Shown: positions 28,837 through 38,352 of the stretch, piece after piece
Layout of the letters: each line of letters begins with the position of its first letter
Position numbering within the stretch: position 1 is the stretch's first letter
Source of the DNA: a virus
Virus record (IMG/VR): IMGVR_UViG_3300025425_001694
Direction: 5' to 3' (one strand)
DNA: 64,000 nt
Notes under the pieces: model-generated
The model's input: the letters and a program-made list of their open reading frames with translations, nothing else
Databases searched by the model: none
What the model was told of the DNA's origin: nothing
Position numbers and translations under genes: made by a program

Positions 28837-30456
28837 TTACATCATCCAACGTTCATCTTCTTCGATGGGCTGAAATCCTGTGCTTAACGCGTTTTCACCA
28901 CTATCAATGAATCCAAATGGAAGAAGATCATCTTGTATTTGCGCTTCGGTCTTTGCTCTTAGTTTATGTAGTGTATTTATATCTGTTATTTCTTTGAAAT
29001 ATGCTTGGCTTGTTAACCATCCAAATATTACCAAATTCATTACAAGATCGTCGTGAGATCCTGGTTCTGCTTCATACGAATTACCCTTTTTAGAAAATCT
29101 TGATAACTCTTGAATAGTTTCAAAATCGTTTATAATAAATTGGTTTTGTTCAATCAACATTTTCAACATTGAACAACCAACCGCCTTCACGGATTTTGTA
29201 GTCCTAACACCGGTATCAGCCATTTTGCCAAAACCAGAAGAAATTCTTTTACCTTCTCGGCCTGCGCTTTCTGTATGAAGTAAACTTTCGTAACCAAAGT
29301 CCATCAAAAGAGTATCGGATACTTGAGAACCAATATCATTAATTTCAACTAAAACCAATGCTTGGTTATATGCAGTACCTACGCGATATATAATAGATGC
29401 AAAATCTATTGGAGATATGTAATTATCTCTAAAAGTACAAACCTGCCTATACGGCATTGTTGTAATATCTATTACGTTAAACGTGGAATAATCTAAACCC
29501 TTTCCTCGGGAAACGTCAACAGTCATTGCGTATATGTGATTTTTTTCTGCTTGTGCGTATTGGCTAATACCTTCACTTGCATATAATGGTGTAGAAAACG
29601 CCAATTCTTTCAATTTGGAGCCAGAAATGAGTGTACCAGAAGATCCTAAAAATTGTCCGTTGTATTCTTGATTAAACTTTTCTTCATCATGATCTAACGC
29701 TTCTAGTGTTTCAGTTTTCCATTTTTCGTTTCTTCCTGGTACGTCACTCCATACAACTTTTACAAACTCGTATCCATTCGTTCCTTCTTCGGCCCCCTTA
29801 CAAGTTTTCCAAAAATGGTTTAAACCGTTTGGTGTAGAGGTCATTAAAAGCTTTGTAGATTCACCCGATGAAATAGTAGGATATACTGACGCGAAGAATT
29901 CGTCATACCCCTCAATGAAGGCTACCTCATCTAGATACAAGAATGAGATAGACTTACCACGAATTGCAGAGCTAGATGTTGTACCAGCTAAAACGTTACA
30001 TCCGTTTTCTAATGCAATGTTACCTTTGTTCCATTCTTCGACGCCATGCTGTAGCCATTTTGGTAATGCTTCGTACGCAAGTTTAATTCTCGCAAGAACT
30101 TCCCTTGCAGCGTCGCCTTTGTTAGCAAGAACCGCAGCAGTTTTAAATTCGTTAAATAGAATATAGTGTAATATGACCGCAACAGCCGTAGTAGTTTTTC
30201 CGGCTTGCCTTGCAGTTAAAACAGCAACTCTTCTATTATTAGTTATTTTTTCAACAATTTCTTGCTGATAGTCATACATATTTAAAGGAATAAGACCATG
30301 ATCTACATGAACGATTTTAATATAATTACGCGCAAAATAAACAGGATCTTCTGAACATTTTAAATATTCTTTAATTAATTCTGGAGTCCATTCTATCTGT
30401 TCACCAGTTTTCTTTAAATGTATGTTACCTAAGTAACCATCACTCATTAGTTTCAC
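28837..30456 (-). CDS. gp17: terminase large subunit
   Basis: DPVYF, RQAGKTT, YLDEVAF, STPNGLNHF, DVSRGKGLDYS, HDDLVM. Confidence 0.97.
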   Translation of the reverse strand: MKLMSDGYLGNIHLKKTGEQIEWTPELIKEYLKCSEDPVYFARNYIKIVHVDHGLIPLNMYDYQQEIVEKITNNRRVAVLTARQAGKTTTAVAVILHYILFNEFKTAAVLANKGDAAREVLARIKLAYEALPKWLQHGVEEWNKGNIALENGCNVLAGTTSSSAIRGKSISFLYLDEVAFIEGYDEFFASVYPTISSGESTKLLMTSTPNGLNHFWKTCKGAEEGTNGYEFVKVVWSDVPGRNEKWKTETLEALDHDEEKFNQEYNGQFLGSSGTLISGSKLKELAFSTPLYASEGISQYAQAEKNHIYAMTVDVSRGKGLDYSTFNVIDITTMPYRQVCTFRDNYISPIDFASIIYRVGTAYNQALVLVEINDIGSQVSDTLLMDFGYESLLHTESAGREGKRISSGFGKMADTGVRTTKSVKAVGCSMLKMLIEQNQFIINDFETIQELSRFSKKGNSYEAEPGSHDDLVMNLVIFGWLTSQAYFKEITDINTLHKLRAKTEAQIQDDLLPFGFIDSGENALSTGFQPIEEDERWMM

Positions 30457-30877
30457 CCTTAATCATTTTAAGTAAATCAGCTGTAGAAAGTATAAGATTA
30501 TTATTTGTTACGTTTTGCTGAGTATTAGATGCGCCGTTTTTTTCTTCTTTTGCATATTTTTTCTTAGTTGACATTTCAACAAAATCTTTGTTTGCGTCAA
30601 GGAGTGTTTTCATTAATGTTGATGCGACTTCAAACGCACGTGGAGATTCTGACTGTTTTGCTAGTTCTATCATTTCTTTTAATGCGTCATCACCTTGCTC
30701 TATAATATTTTTTATATTTCCACGAGCTTGCTCAATATCAACAATAGTGTCATCTTCATCGCTCGAAGCTTCTATTATTTCTAACGGTTTTTCTTCAATT
30801 ACTTCTGGCAAATTTTCTTGTTTAGCTTCTTCTAAAGGTCTTAAACCGAGAACTTTTGCAATTTTGTCTTCGCTCAT
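30440..30877 (-). CDS. gp16: terminase small subunit
   Basis: ESPRAFEVA motif, NNN...STADL; upstream of gp17. Confidence 0.92.
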   Translation of the reverse strand: MSEDKIAKVLGLRPLEEAKQENLPEVIEEKPLEIIEASSDEDDTIVDIEQARGNIKNIIEQGDDALKEMIELAKQSESPRAFEVASTLMKTLLDANKDFVEMSTKKKYAKEEKNGASNTQQNVTNNNLILSTADLLKMIKGETNE

Positions 30878-31695
30878 ACTTCGGCCTCAGGATCTTCGGT
30901 CACAACTCCAATTGGAGCCCAATCATCATCATACTCAACGTCTAAGTAAGGTATGGCCTCATCTACATCGGTTGTTGGTGCTCCATTTGCAGTCAACCCA
31001 GGGAATGTGTTTATGCCCCTTACAGGGTTTACTGTTGCCCCATTCGTTGTATCATAGACATCAGTATCAATAAACTTAATTATTTTATTATCTTTTTCCG
31101 GTCCAAAATACCAGCATTTCATTGTAAAGTTGAGAGTCCACAGTACAGATCTTCTTTCAGTAAACGCGCCTTCGTACAATTCTTCGTTCGTAACACCATT
31201 TAAAATAAGTGGTATATCAATAGGATCCATGTCATCGATTAATTTAACAGTTGATGTCCATTCCGGTTTAAAGAATGGAATTATTTGTTCGACTATTTTT
31301 GTTGCATCTTCAGAATATTTTGTCATAATGTATAACGAAAAATCTACATTGTATGGAGCTCCAGACCAAGTGTAGTATCTCTTATCCTCAGTCTCTGGGT
31401 TGGTTTTAAACATTCTTTGTTTTGATGCAATCTTACGAGTACCATCGTATGCCATGTTTGTCATTTCAAAAGACATTCGCGGGAGTGTAATTGAAGAAGG
31501 GTTACTTAAGTTCGGATCTTGTGTAATTTTTGCAAGAAACTTCTGAAAAGGGCCATAAGCAATAGGTACTATAATACTTTGTACTTCAGCGTCATTGTTT
31601 CCATTCCGCGTGATACGAATCTTATTAAAAAGAGTACCAAACAGAGCAACATATTTTCTTGTACTTGAATTATAAAAGTGATTTACAAATGCCAT
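30874..31695 (-). CDS. gp15: tail sheath stabilizer / tail terminator
   Basis: FGTLFN, VPIAYGP.QKFL, LPRMSFE, QIIPFF.P, WTL.FT.K. Confidence 0.93.
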   Translation of the reverse strand: MAFVNHFYNSSTRKYVALFGTLFNKIRITRNGNNDAEVQSIIVPIAYGPFQKFLAKITQDPNLSNPSSITLPRMSFEMTNMAYDGTRKIASKQRMFKTNPETEDKRYYTWSGAPYNVDFSLYIMTKYSEDATKIVEQIIPFFKPEWTSTVKLIDDMDPIDIPLILNGVTNEELYEGAFTERRSVLWTLNFTMKCWYFGPEKDNKIIKFIDTDVYDTTNGATVNPVRGINTFPGLTANGAPTTDVDEAIPYLDVEYDDDWAPIGVVTEDPEAEV

Positions 31696-31727
31696 AGTTT
31701 ATCCTATTTTTACACTTATTCGTTTCA

Positions 31728-32633
31728 TTATACTTGTTGGCCTGCAGAGTAGTACCGTGCTTGTGTTAAATCACCAACATCAGTCGCATTTCCATCAGAT
31801 GCAAAAGGAAACTTATCAATTGTTCCGATGCCGGGAGTTCCGCCCGATGCATAACCGGATGCATTGCTTGATTGGCCTGCAGCCCCGGATCTACCTTGTG
31901 TTAAATCACCAACATCAGTCGCATTGCCGTCAGCAGCAAAAGGAAACTTATCAATTGTTCCGACTACCGGGGGAGTTCCGCCTGATGCATAACCAGATAC
32001 ATCGCTTGATTGGCCTGCAGGCCCGGCTGTCGCTACTGTTAAATCACCAACATCAGTCGCATTGCCGTCAGCCGCAAAGGGGAACTTATCAATTATCATG
32101 CTCCAATTGCCGGGGTCCATTCCGCCTGAAGTATACCCAGATACAGTACTTGACTGACCTGCCGCCACATATCTTGCTTGTGTTAGATCACCAACATCTG
32201 TTGCATTTCCGTCAGATGCAAAAGGAAACTTGTCAATAACAGTAGAAGTTGGAAAATGGCCACCAGACGAATAACCCGACACTGTACTCGATTGACCCGC
32301 AACGGTCTGTCTTGCTACTGTCAAATCGCCAACGTCTGTTGCATTACCATCAGCTGCAAAAGGAAACTTGTCAATAACAGTAGAATAGGGAGGTGCAGTC
32401 CCACCAGAAGTATATCCGGATACTACGCTTGATTGCCCTCCACATATTTGTCCTCTTAATACTGTCAAATCGCCAACGTCTGTTGCATTGGCATCAGATG
32501 CAAAAGGAAATTTATCAATTACATTTGTGGACGCGGTTCCGCCTGAAGTATAACCGCTTACCGAGCCTTGTGCATGTGACGGGTTTGATACATGTACACT
32601 TGCTATCTTATCTTGAGTAATTTTTATTGCCAT
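31728..32633 (-). CDS. six-repeat (Kelch-like beta-propeller) protein, paralog A
   Basis: six copies of GY.SGG-x-IDKFPFA.D.NATDVGDLT-x-AGQSS. Confidence 0.75.
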   Translation of the reverse strand: MAIKITQDKIASVHVSNPSHAQGSVSGYTSGGTASTNVIDKFPFASDANATDVGDLTVLRGQICGGQSSVVSGYTSGGTAPPYSTVIDKFPFAADGNATDVGDLTVARQTVAGQSSTVSGYSSGGHFPTSTVIDKFPFASDGNATDVGDLTQARYVAAGQSSTVSGYTSGGMDPGNWSMIIDKFPFAADGNATDVGDLTVATAGPAGQSSDVSGYASGGTPPVVGTIDKFPFAADGNATDVGDLTQGRSGAAGQSSNASGYASGGTPGIGTIDKFPFASDGNATDVGDLTQARYYSAGQQV

Positions 32634-32669
32634 TTTTCTATCCTAATATTTTATACTCGTTTGTTGACA

Positions 32670-33671
32670 TTATACTTGTTGACCTGCTAAACTATAACGA
32701 CCCGCTGTTAAATTTCCTACATCAGTTGCATTACCGTCAGCCGCAAAGGGGAACTTGTCGATAATATTAGATTGGGCAGGGACTTTGCCACCAGAAGAAT
32801 AACCAGACGCGGTGCTCGATTGACCAGCTGCCTGGCGTTTTACCGTCGTTAAATCACCAACATCAGTAGCGTTAGCGTCAGATGCAAAAGGAAACTTGTC
32901 GATAATATTTGTGAACGCGCCGCCATCGCCACCAGAAGTATATCCGGATACTGTGCTCGATTGACCAGCTGCATACCTTGTTACTCTTGTCAAATCACCA
33001 ACATCAGTTGCATTACCGTCAGCCGCAAAGGGGAATTTATCAATTATATTTCCAGACCCCAATGTGCTATACCCAGCTGAAGAATATCCGGATACTGCGC
33101 TTGATTGGCCAGCCGGGGAATATCTACCTTGTGTTAAATCACCAACATCAGTTGCATTACCGTCAGCCGCAAAGGGGAACTTGTCGATAACATTTGTAAG
33201 CGTCATGGCGCCGGTTGGATTGGTTCGCCCGCCTGAAGTATAACCAGACGCGTCGCTTGATTGACCAGCCATATAATAACGAACCTGTGTCAAATCACCA
33301 ACGTCAGTTGCATTTCCGTCAGAAGCAAATGCAAACTTATCAATTGTATTCTGCAATGCCTGTGCCGGCCACGTGTTTCCACCTGAAGTATACCCAGATA
33401 CAGTACTTGACTGACCTGCCACAGCATATCTTGCTTGTGTTAGATCACCAACATCTGTTGCATTTCCGTCAGATGCAAAAGGAAACTTGTCAATAACAGT
33501 AGAAGCTGGAAACATGCCACCAGACGAATAACCACTTACCGAGCCTTGTTCAGGCGTCGTTGGATGATCGGCAAATTCTAAATAGTCATTTACAACAAAC
33601 TTTGTTTTGTCACCCGGGTTAATATTACCGGATGCATCTACAACTACGGTACCTTTTACTTTATATGTCAT
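32670..33671 (-). CDS. six-repeat propeller protein, paralog B
   Basis: six copies of the same repeat. Confidence 0.75.
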   Translation of the reverse strand: MTYKVKGTVVVDASGNINPGDKTKFVVNDYLEFADHPTTPEQGSVSGYSSGGMFPASTVIDKFPFASDGNATDVGDLTQARYAVAGQSSTVSGYTSGGNTWPAQALQNTIDKFAFASDGNATDVGDLTQVRYYMAGQSSDASGYTSGGRTNPTGAMTLTNVIDKFPFAADGNATDVGDLTQGRYSPAGQSSAVSGYSSAGYSTLGSGNIIDKFPFAADGNATDVGDLTRVTRYAAGQSSTVSGYTSGGDGGAFTNIIDKFPFASDANATDVGDLTTVKRQAAGQSSTASGYSSGGKVPAQSNIIDKFPFAADGNATDVGNLTAGRYSLAGQQV

Positions 33672-33676
33672 ATATC

Positions 33677-34357
33677 TTATCCAGCATCTGTTGGGTTTGT
33701 GATAGTTTCGCTAAACGGATCTATCTCTGTGAAATCTATTATATCATCACCAGCATCTTCAAAGTCTATATTATTTGCAATAGGATCTTTTGTTTTTAAT
33801 GCAGTGAGCGAAGTAACAGCAGTTGTTTTATAATTATCAAAAAATGTATCTATATCCGATACACCAGTTTGGAATCTTTCATTGGAATATTCAAACAATT
33901 CGCACTGAAGGTCGAACACTTGTAAAGCACCACTCTGATAGAAGACGCTCTCATGTTCAACGTGAGTAATTTTAAAGAACTTGTTAACCATTGGAAAGTA
34001 TACCAGTTCTCCTTCCTTTGGTCTTAAAATAGTAGGGATTATGTTAGTTACATTTTTCTCAAATGTTCGCATTGCAACAGTAAATGTAACTTGGTCACGA
34101 ATTTGTAAACCAAACCTACTAAGGAAGTCGCCTTCACCTTGAAATCCATCAACACTCTTAACATACATTTCCATTTCATATGAAGTATTAAAGATCGAAA
34201 GATCATCTTCATTTAATATATTGTCTACAGCCTGCAAACTACGAGTAAGATAATACGTGTCTATCCCATAAATCTGAATAGACTCGATCACCAGGTCATC
34301 AATGAGAGTCTGTTCGTTTGAATAATCATAATTATTAAAATATGCGTTAGTAGCCAT
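33677..34357 (-). CDS. gp14: neck protein
   Basis: EQ.L..DL..ESIQIYG.D.YY, GEGDFLS.FG..IRD, RP.EG.L.YFP, CELF.YS.E. Confidence 0.93.
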   Translation of the reverse strand: MATNAYFNNYDYSNEQTLIDDLVIESIQIYGIDTYYLTRSLQAVDNILNEDDLSIFNTSYEMEMYVKSVDGFQGEGDFLSRFGLQIRDQVTFTVAMRTFEKNVTNIIPTILRPKEGELVYFPMVNKFFKITHVEHESVFYQSGALQVFDLQCELFEYSNERFQTGVSDIDTFFDNYKTTAVTSLTALKTKDPIANNIDFEDAGDDIIDFTEIDPFSETITNPTDAG

Positions 34358-34360
34358 GTA

Positions 34361-35104
34361 TTAACCCACAAAATTATAGGTAAGCGGTTGCAGGGAATTA
34401 ATAGCGTTTTCTTCCATCTCTTTTCGATCTGTCTTAGCTTCGCTTAATATTTGCTCACCGTTAAACTGTACACCACCTACAAGTTGCATGTTTGTAAACT
34501 TCGTTAAATTAAATCCCCATTGTTCTCTTACTAGAGCTGAAGTGTAATTTTGAAGAAAGCGATCTTGCCAAACATCAGCATATGTTTCACCACTTATGAT
34601 ATCATATCCTTCAATGATAATATGCGATCCTGCGACCATTATATTTTTCTTACCATCAATATAAAGGCGATTTACATGGCGGTTATATCGTACTAAAGGT
34701 TTTCCTACTAAAATTTCCTGAAGAAATTGCAGATGAGACATTGACATATAATAGTTCTGTATACTATATCCTGTAATATCACTGAGGTTATTTAAAACGA
34801 ATTGGTATTGCACATTAAAAATGCCAGTACCCGTTGACACAGATGAGCTCAAGTCAAATATTCGAGTAACACCGAGCATATTTTCCGGTACTGTGACATA
34901 ACCTTGATCTATTTCAGCTTGGGTGAGCTCGTGCTTAAGATAAACCATTTGACTTCCATCATAATGATAATCTCTCCAAAAAGATATAGCTTCGTCAATA
35001 CGGTCTTCAATTTGTTCTTCGGAAACATTTATTTGAATGACCGGAGCACCTATTTTACGAAGTACGTAATCTTTAAACTCTTCGCGTGTTGTTGGTAATG
35101 CCAT
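34361..35104 (-). CDS. gp13: neck protein
   Basis: LR..GAPVI.INV..EQ.EDRI.EA, HYDG, QWG.NL.KF...QL.GG...NG. Confidence 0.93.
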   Translation of the reverse strand: MALPTTREEFKDYVLRKIGAPVIQINVSEEQIEDRIDEAISFWRDYHYDGSQMVYLKHELTQAEIDQGYVTVPENMLGVTRIFDLSSSVSTGTGIFNVQYQFVLNNLSDITGYSIQNYYMSMSHLQFLQEILVGKPLVRYNRHVNRLYIDGKKNIMVAGSHIIIEGYDIISGETYADVWQDRFLQNYTSALVREQWGFNLTKFTNMQLVGGVQFNGEQILSEAKTDRKEMEENAINSLQPLTYNFVG

Positions 35105-35151
35105 GTGAGTTAACCTATTTTTGTTTATATTTATAAAAAAAGAGCTATTGT

Positions 35152-35320
35152 CATTTTTCTATTGACATTTTTCAAATAATAGATATAATAGAATTATCTA
35201 TTCTGGGAGTTGTGGTACTAGATTACAATAATTTAATTCAATGCAGGTACCATTTTTCCATTGACATTTCTTCAACAATGAGTATAATAGAATTATATAT
35301 TCTAGGAGCCATGGTATTAG
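35152..35320 (+). repeat. two imperfect copies (99-bp period) of a sigma70 promoter plus short hairpin, facing antisense to the late genes
   Basis: TTGACA-N16-TATAAT at 35162/35184 and 35261/35283; shared flanks CATTTTTC..TTGACATTT and TATAATAGAATTAT.TATTCT.GGAG..TGGTA.TAGA. Confidence 0.75.
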
Positions 35321-36081
35321 ACGCGTTCTATATCTTCTTCAATGCAATTACTGCCGTACTGTATTTCAACTATCCTAACTTCATCATTTGTATTATTTAT
35401 CAATTGATGCCATGTATGGACCGGAATGTATATTTCACCATGTTTTTTAAGTACTGATGTCTGTATATTATCTAGATCATCACCATGATTTACGGTTGCT
35501 TCTCCGTAACTTACAATCCAATATTCACTTCTTGTTTCGTGTTTCTGCAAACTAAGCGATCTTCCAGGCGCAACAACAAGTTCTTTTACTTTAGTGGATG
35601 GGCCATCAGAATGAAGTACGCGATAATATCCCCATTTTCTTTCTGTTTTTGGTGTTTTCCACTCAGTAAGTATTTTACTGCTGGAATTCATCTTGTGAAT
35701 TCCACCTACTCCGAAAACAAATGATAATCTCTTATCTTTAATTTTCATTTCTGGAATGTTATCATCTGTTCTATCTCCACCGTTCGCAAAGATAATTTCA
35801 GCGTTTGGATACATATTTAAACAATTATGAATTGCCTGGGATGCACCACCATCGCTATCGTCGAATACCATTACAGAGTCAACGACAGAAAGATTTTTTA
35901 CAATCTCAACTCTTTCGTTAATATCCATAAACGGTTGGCCTTTTTTACGAGTCAGCCATTCGTTGCTATTTACCCCAACAACTAGCACGTCCCCTAACTT
36001 TTTCGCTTCATTAAAATATGCTATATGACCAGAATGAATCGGGTCAAATCCGCCTGTAACTAAAACTACTTTCATTATCAA
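35317..36081 (-). CDS. cytidyltransferase-family nucleotidyltransferase fused to a ManC/PMI-type cupin
   Basis: VTGGFDPIHSGH, FANGGDR, SSS.IL; ERKWGYY, LSLQKH..RSEYW, IVEIQYG....EEDIER. Confidence 0.85.
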   Translation of the reverse strand: MIMKVVLVTGGFDPIHSGHIAYFNEAKKLGDVLVVGVNSNEWLTRKKGQPFMDINERVEIVKNLSVVDSVMVFDDSDGGASQAIHNCLNMYPNAEIIFANGGDRTDDNIPEMKIKDKRLSFVFGVGGIHKMNSSSKILTEWKTPKTERKWGYYRVLHSDGPSTKVKELVVAPGRSLSLQKHETRSEYWIVSYGEATVNHGDDLDNIQTSVLKKHGEIYIPVHTWHQLINNTNDEVRIVEIQYGSNCIEEDIERV

Positions 36082-36791
36082 TCTCCTAAATGCATATTTG
36101 AAACTTCGCCATCAAAGAAAAACATTTGCCACATTCTACAATCATGTATATTGCTACCAAAATATTCAGAAGCAGCATGTATTGATCCACCTTCGAATAT
36201 AACTAATCTGTTAAAAATATTACCAAAAGAATCTACCGTATCGTATGGAGTCTTATCTAAAAATGTATTTCCAGGAAATACTTTATGGCCAGTCCCATCG
36301 TTCCAATTAATTTGGGAATTATGATGGATTTTAGTTTCTCTATGCATATAGGTACTTGTACCAGTTTGTGGTGGGGCATCTGGAGTTAGGTATATCATAG
36401 CGGCCCATTTTTGTTGGTCACAGTGATATACTAATTTTTCACCGGCGTGGTTGTGTTGAAACCTTCCGTTCATACCATATGTTTCCCATTCGCTAATTCT
36501 TTCGCCAATGATACTTTCAAATGTTTCCTTTAGTCCTGGAAAAAGGTGTTGTGTTCTTGTTCTTTTACCGATATACCCGTCATCATCAAAGTATTCTTGT
36601 TGAAGCGCAAATTCTCGCATCGCGTAAGGATCCGCATAAAAATTATCAATTATGAATGCTCTTTTGTTTTCTTGTAGATTGGGGTTAACCGCGTATACAG
36701 AAGAATCGTCATGATGAGTAATTTCTTCATCTTGAACTTCTATAATTTCTTCTTCTGTAATTTCTTCTTCTGTAATAAGCCAATTTTTCAT
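36078..36791 (-). CDS. 2OG-Fe(II) oxygenase-like protein (DUF6445-like)
   Basis: IIDNFYADP...R.FAL, HCD...WAAMIYLTP..P...GT, FNRLVIF....H. Confidence 0.75.
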   Translation of the reverse strand: MKNWLITEEEITEEEIIEVQDEEITHHDDSSVYAVNPNLQENKRAFIIDNFYADPYAMREFALQQEYFDDDGYIGKRTRTQHLFPGLKETFESIIGERISEWETYGMNGRFQHNHAGEKLVYHCDQQKWAAMIYLTPDAPPQTGTSTYMHRETKIHHNSQINWNDGTGHKVFPGNTFLDKTPYDTVDSFGNIFNRLVIFEGGSIHAASEYFGSNIHDCRMWQMFFFDGEVSNMHLGD

Positions 36792-36792
36792 A

Positions 36793-38352
36793 TTAAAAAC
36801 CCATGTGTTTTTGTCTAACGAAATCTAAATCGTATGTTGTTGCTGAGATTGGTGTTTCTTCACCTTCAAATACTTCTTTATTAGGAGACAACTTTCTCCA
36901 ACCGATACCCCATTTACGTGTTAAATAATCAATATTTAACTCATTTGAGTGGTCAAGCTTTTCTTTTAAACCATTTTCGTTTTTCTCTGTTTGACTACCG
37001 GTTTCATAATACATTGTACTATCACCGTGTCCATGCATATATTTATTCTCTAGACCAACAATCTTTCGAATAGGACGATGCGACATTCGCATAATATAAT
37101 CGGCATCTTCACAATATGCGGGGTATGTGTTTTCATCAAACAACCCAAATACCTTTACAACGTTTTCTCGAATAAGGAAAAGATCCCACGCGCCAACATT
37201 AAAGTCTCCAGCATTTGGATGTATCATGCCGACCATTGGATCGCCGTTTATTCTTTCAACCATTTCGCCTAAAAGACCAGGGCCAAAGGCGACATCGTCG
37301 TTTGCAATAATCCAATAAGGAGCTAACATATAACATTTAATAATAAGGTTCCAAGCACCTGCGCACCCTACATTTGCAGGCATGTGAACTACTTTAATAT
37401 TATCAATAAACTTATGATCCATTTTAACCAAACGGTTGAGCTCTTCATCTAATTCACCCCTGCCATTATTGTTTATAATGACAAAGTTTTCTACAGGATA
37501 GTCAACACTCATAATAAGTCTTGAAATCCAATAAGTGCTATTTACAACTGGTGCACCTATGACTGGGATTTTATCTACCATATTCACCAACTCCTTTATA
37601 TTAATATTATTTCCGTTTTCTTTCCACCAATCAGTTATAAATTTACTACTCTGATTTTGGATTGTGTCTATATTATCCTTGTTGTCCTGTCTTATAAGAG
37701 TGGAATCATGTACTCTATTTTCTGTAAAGAACGGAAACACGTAGCATCTTTTATAGTTATAAGGATATATTACATTCTCAGGTAAAGGAATGTGTCTTGT
37801 CTCTTTTATTTTTAGGTTGAAAGAATTTGTTTCTACATCGTAGAAGTCATCCAATATTTCCTTTGCATATTCTCGTCGCATTAAATATGCACAACACGAC
37901 CAATCATTCCACCTTTTTCTTCTTATTCTCATGTCACTCCAATTAACTGGATCTTCTTTAATTAGTGACATTTGAATAACCTGCCAATCTTGTGGCAACG
38001 GTTCGATAAATTCACTGAAATCAAAGTTCCAATAATCGGCTAGAGAAAAATTAATATCATCTTCGCAAAAGAAACCAATTTCTTCATCGGTCTCTGTATA
38101 CCAACGGTATATCATATGTAAATGGGATACTGCAACAGATAGTACTTCAGAAGAAATACCTATAGGACTTAAGTGTGGACTTGTTATATCTAATTGTTCT
38201 CGGATATCAACGGTTCTTCCATCGTATCCTTCAATCATACAAAAATTTACTCCTCTTGAGGACAGCTGCGATTCTAAATCGCGCTGCCTCTCTAAGGAAT
38301 CTTTTAAAGAAAGATAATATACTGTTGGAAAGTTTTTAAGCTGCTTCGCCAT
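36793..38352 (-). CDS. two-domain glycosyltransferase (GT25-like plus GT2-like)
   Basis: YYLSL..S.ER, DG, SH, FCEDD, AYLMRR.YA (GT25-like); G.AGAWN, NDDV.F, G.FDE..YPAYCEDADY (GT2-like). Confidence 0.8.
   Translation of the reverse strand: MAKQLKNFPTVYYLSLKDSLERQRDLESQLSSRGVNFCMIEGYDGRTVDIREQLDITSPHLSPIGISSEVLSVAVSHLHMIYRWYTETDEEIGFFCEDDINFSLADYWNFDFSEFIEPLPQDWQVIQMSLIKEDPVNWSDMRIRRKRWNDWSCCAYLMRREYAKEILDDFYDVETNSFNLKIKETRHIPLPENVIYPYNYKRCYVFPFFTENRVHDSTLIRQDNKDNIDTIQNQSSKFITDWWKENGNNINIKELVNMVDKIPVIGAPVVNSTYWISRLIMSVDYPVENFVIINNNGRGELDEELNRLVKMDHKFIDNIKVVHMPANVGCAGAWNLIIKCYMLAPYWIIANDDVAFGPGLLGEMVERINGDPMVGMIHPNAGDFNVGAWDLFLIRENVVKVFGLFDENTYPAYCEDADYIMRMSHRPIRKIVGLENKYMHGHGDSTMYYETGSQTEKNENGLKEKLDHSNELNIDYLTRKWGIGWRKLSPNKEVFEGEETPISATTYDLDFVRQKHMGF

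Noticed and set aside
20472-31375. Antisense and overlapping ORFs within gp23-gp15
   Set aside because: Fully overlap well-conserved structural genes; typical codon-bias shadows
35212-35457. 81-aa + strand ORF behind the tandem promoters
   Set aside because: GTG start, runs through the second promoter repeat and antisense into a conserved gene; composition is not protein-like, though a short peptide cannot be excluded
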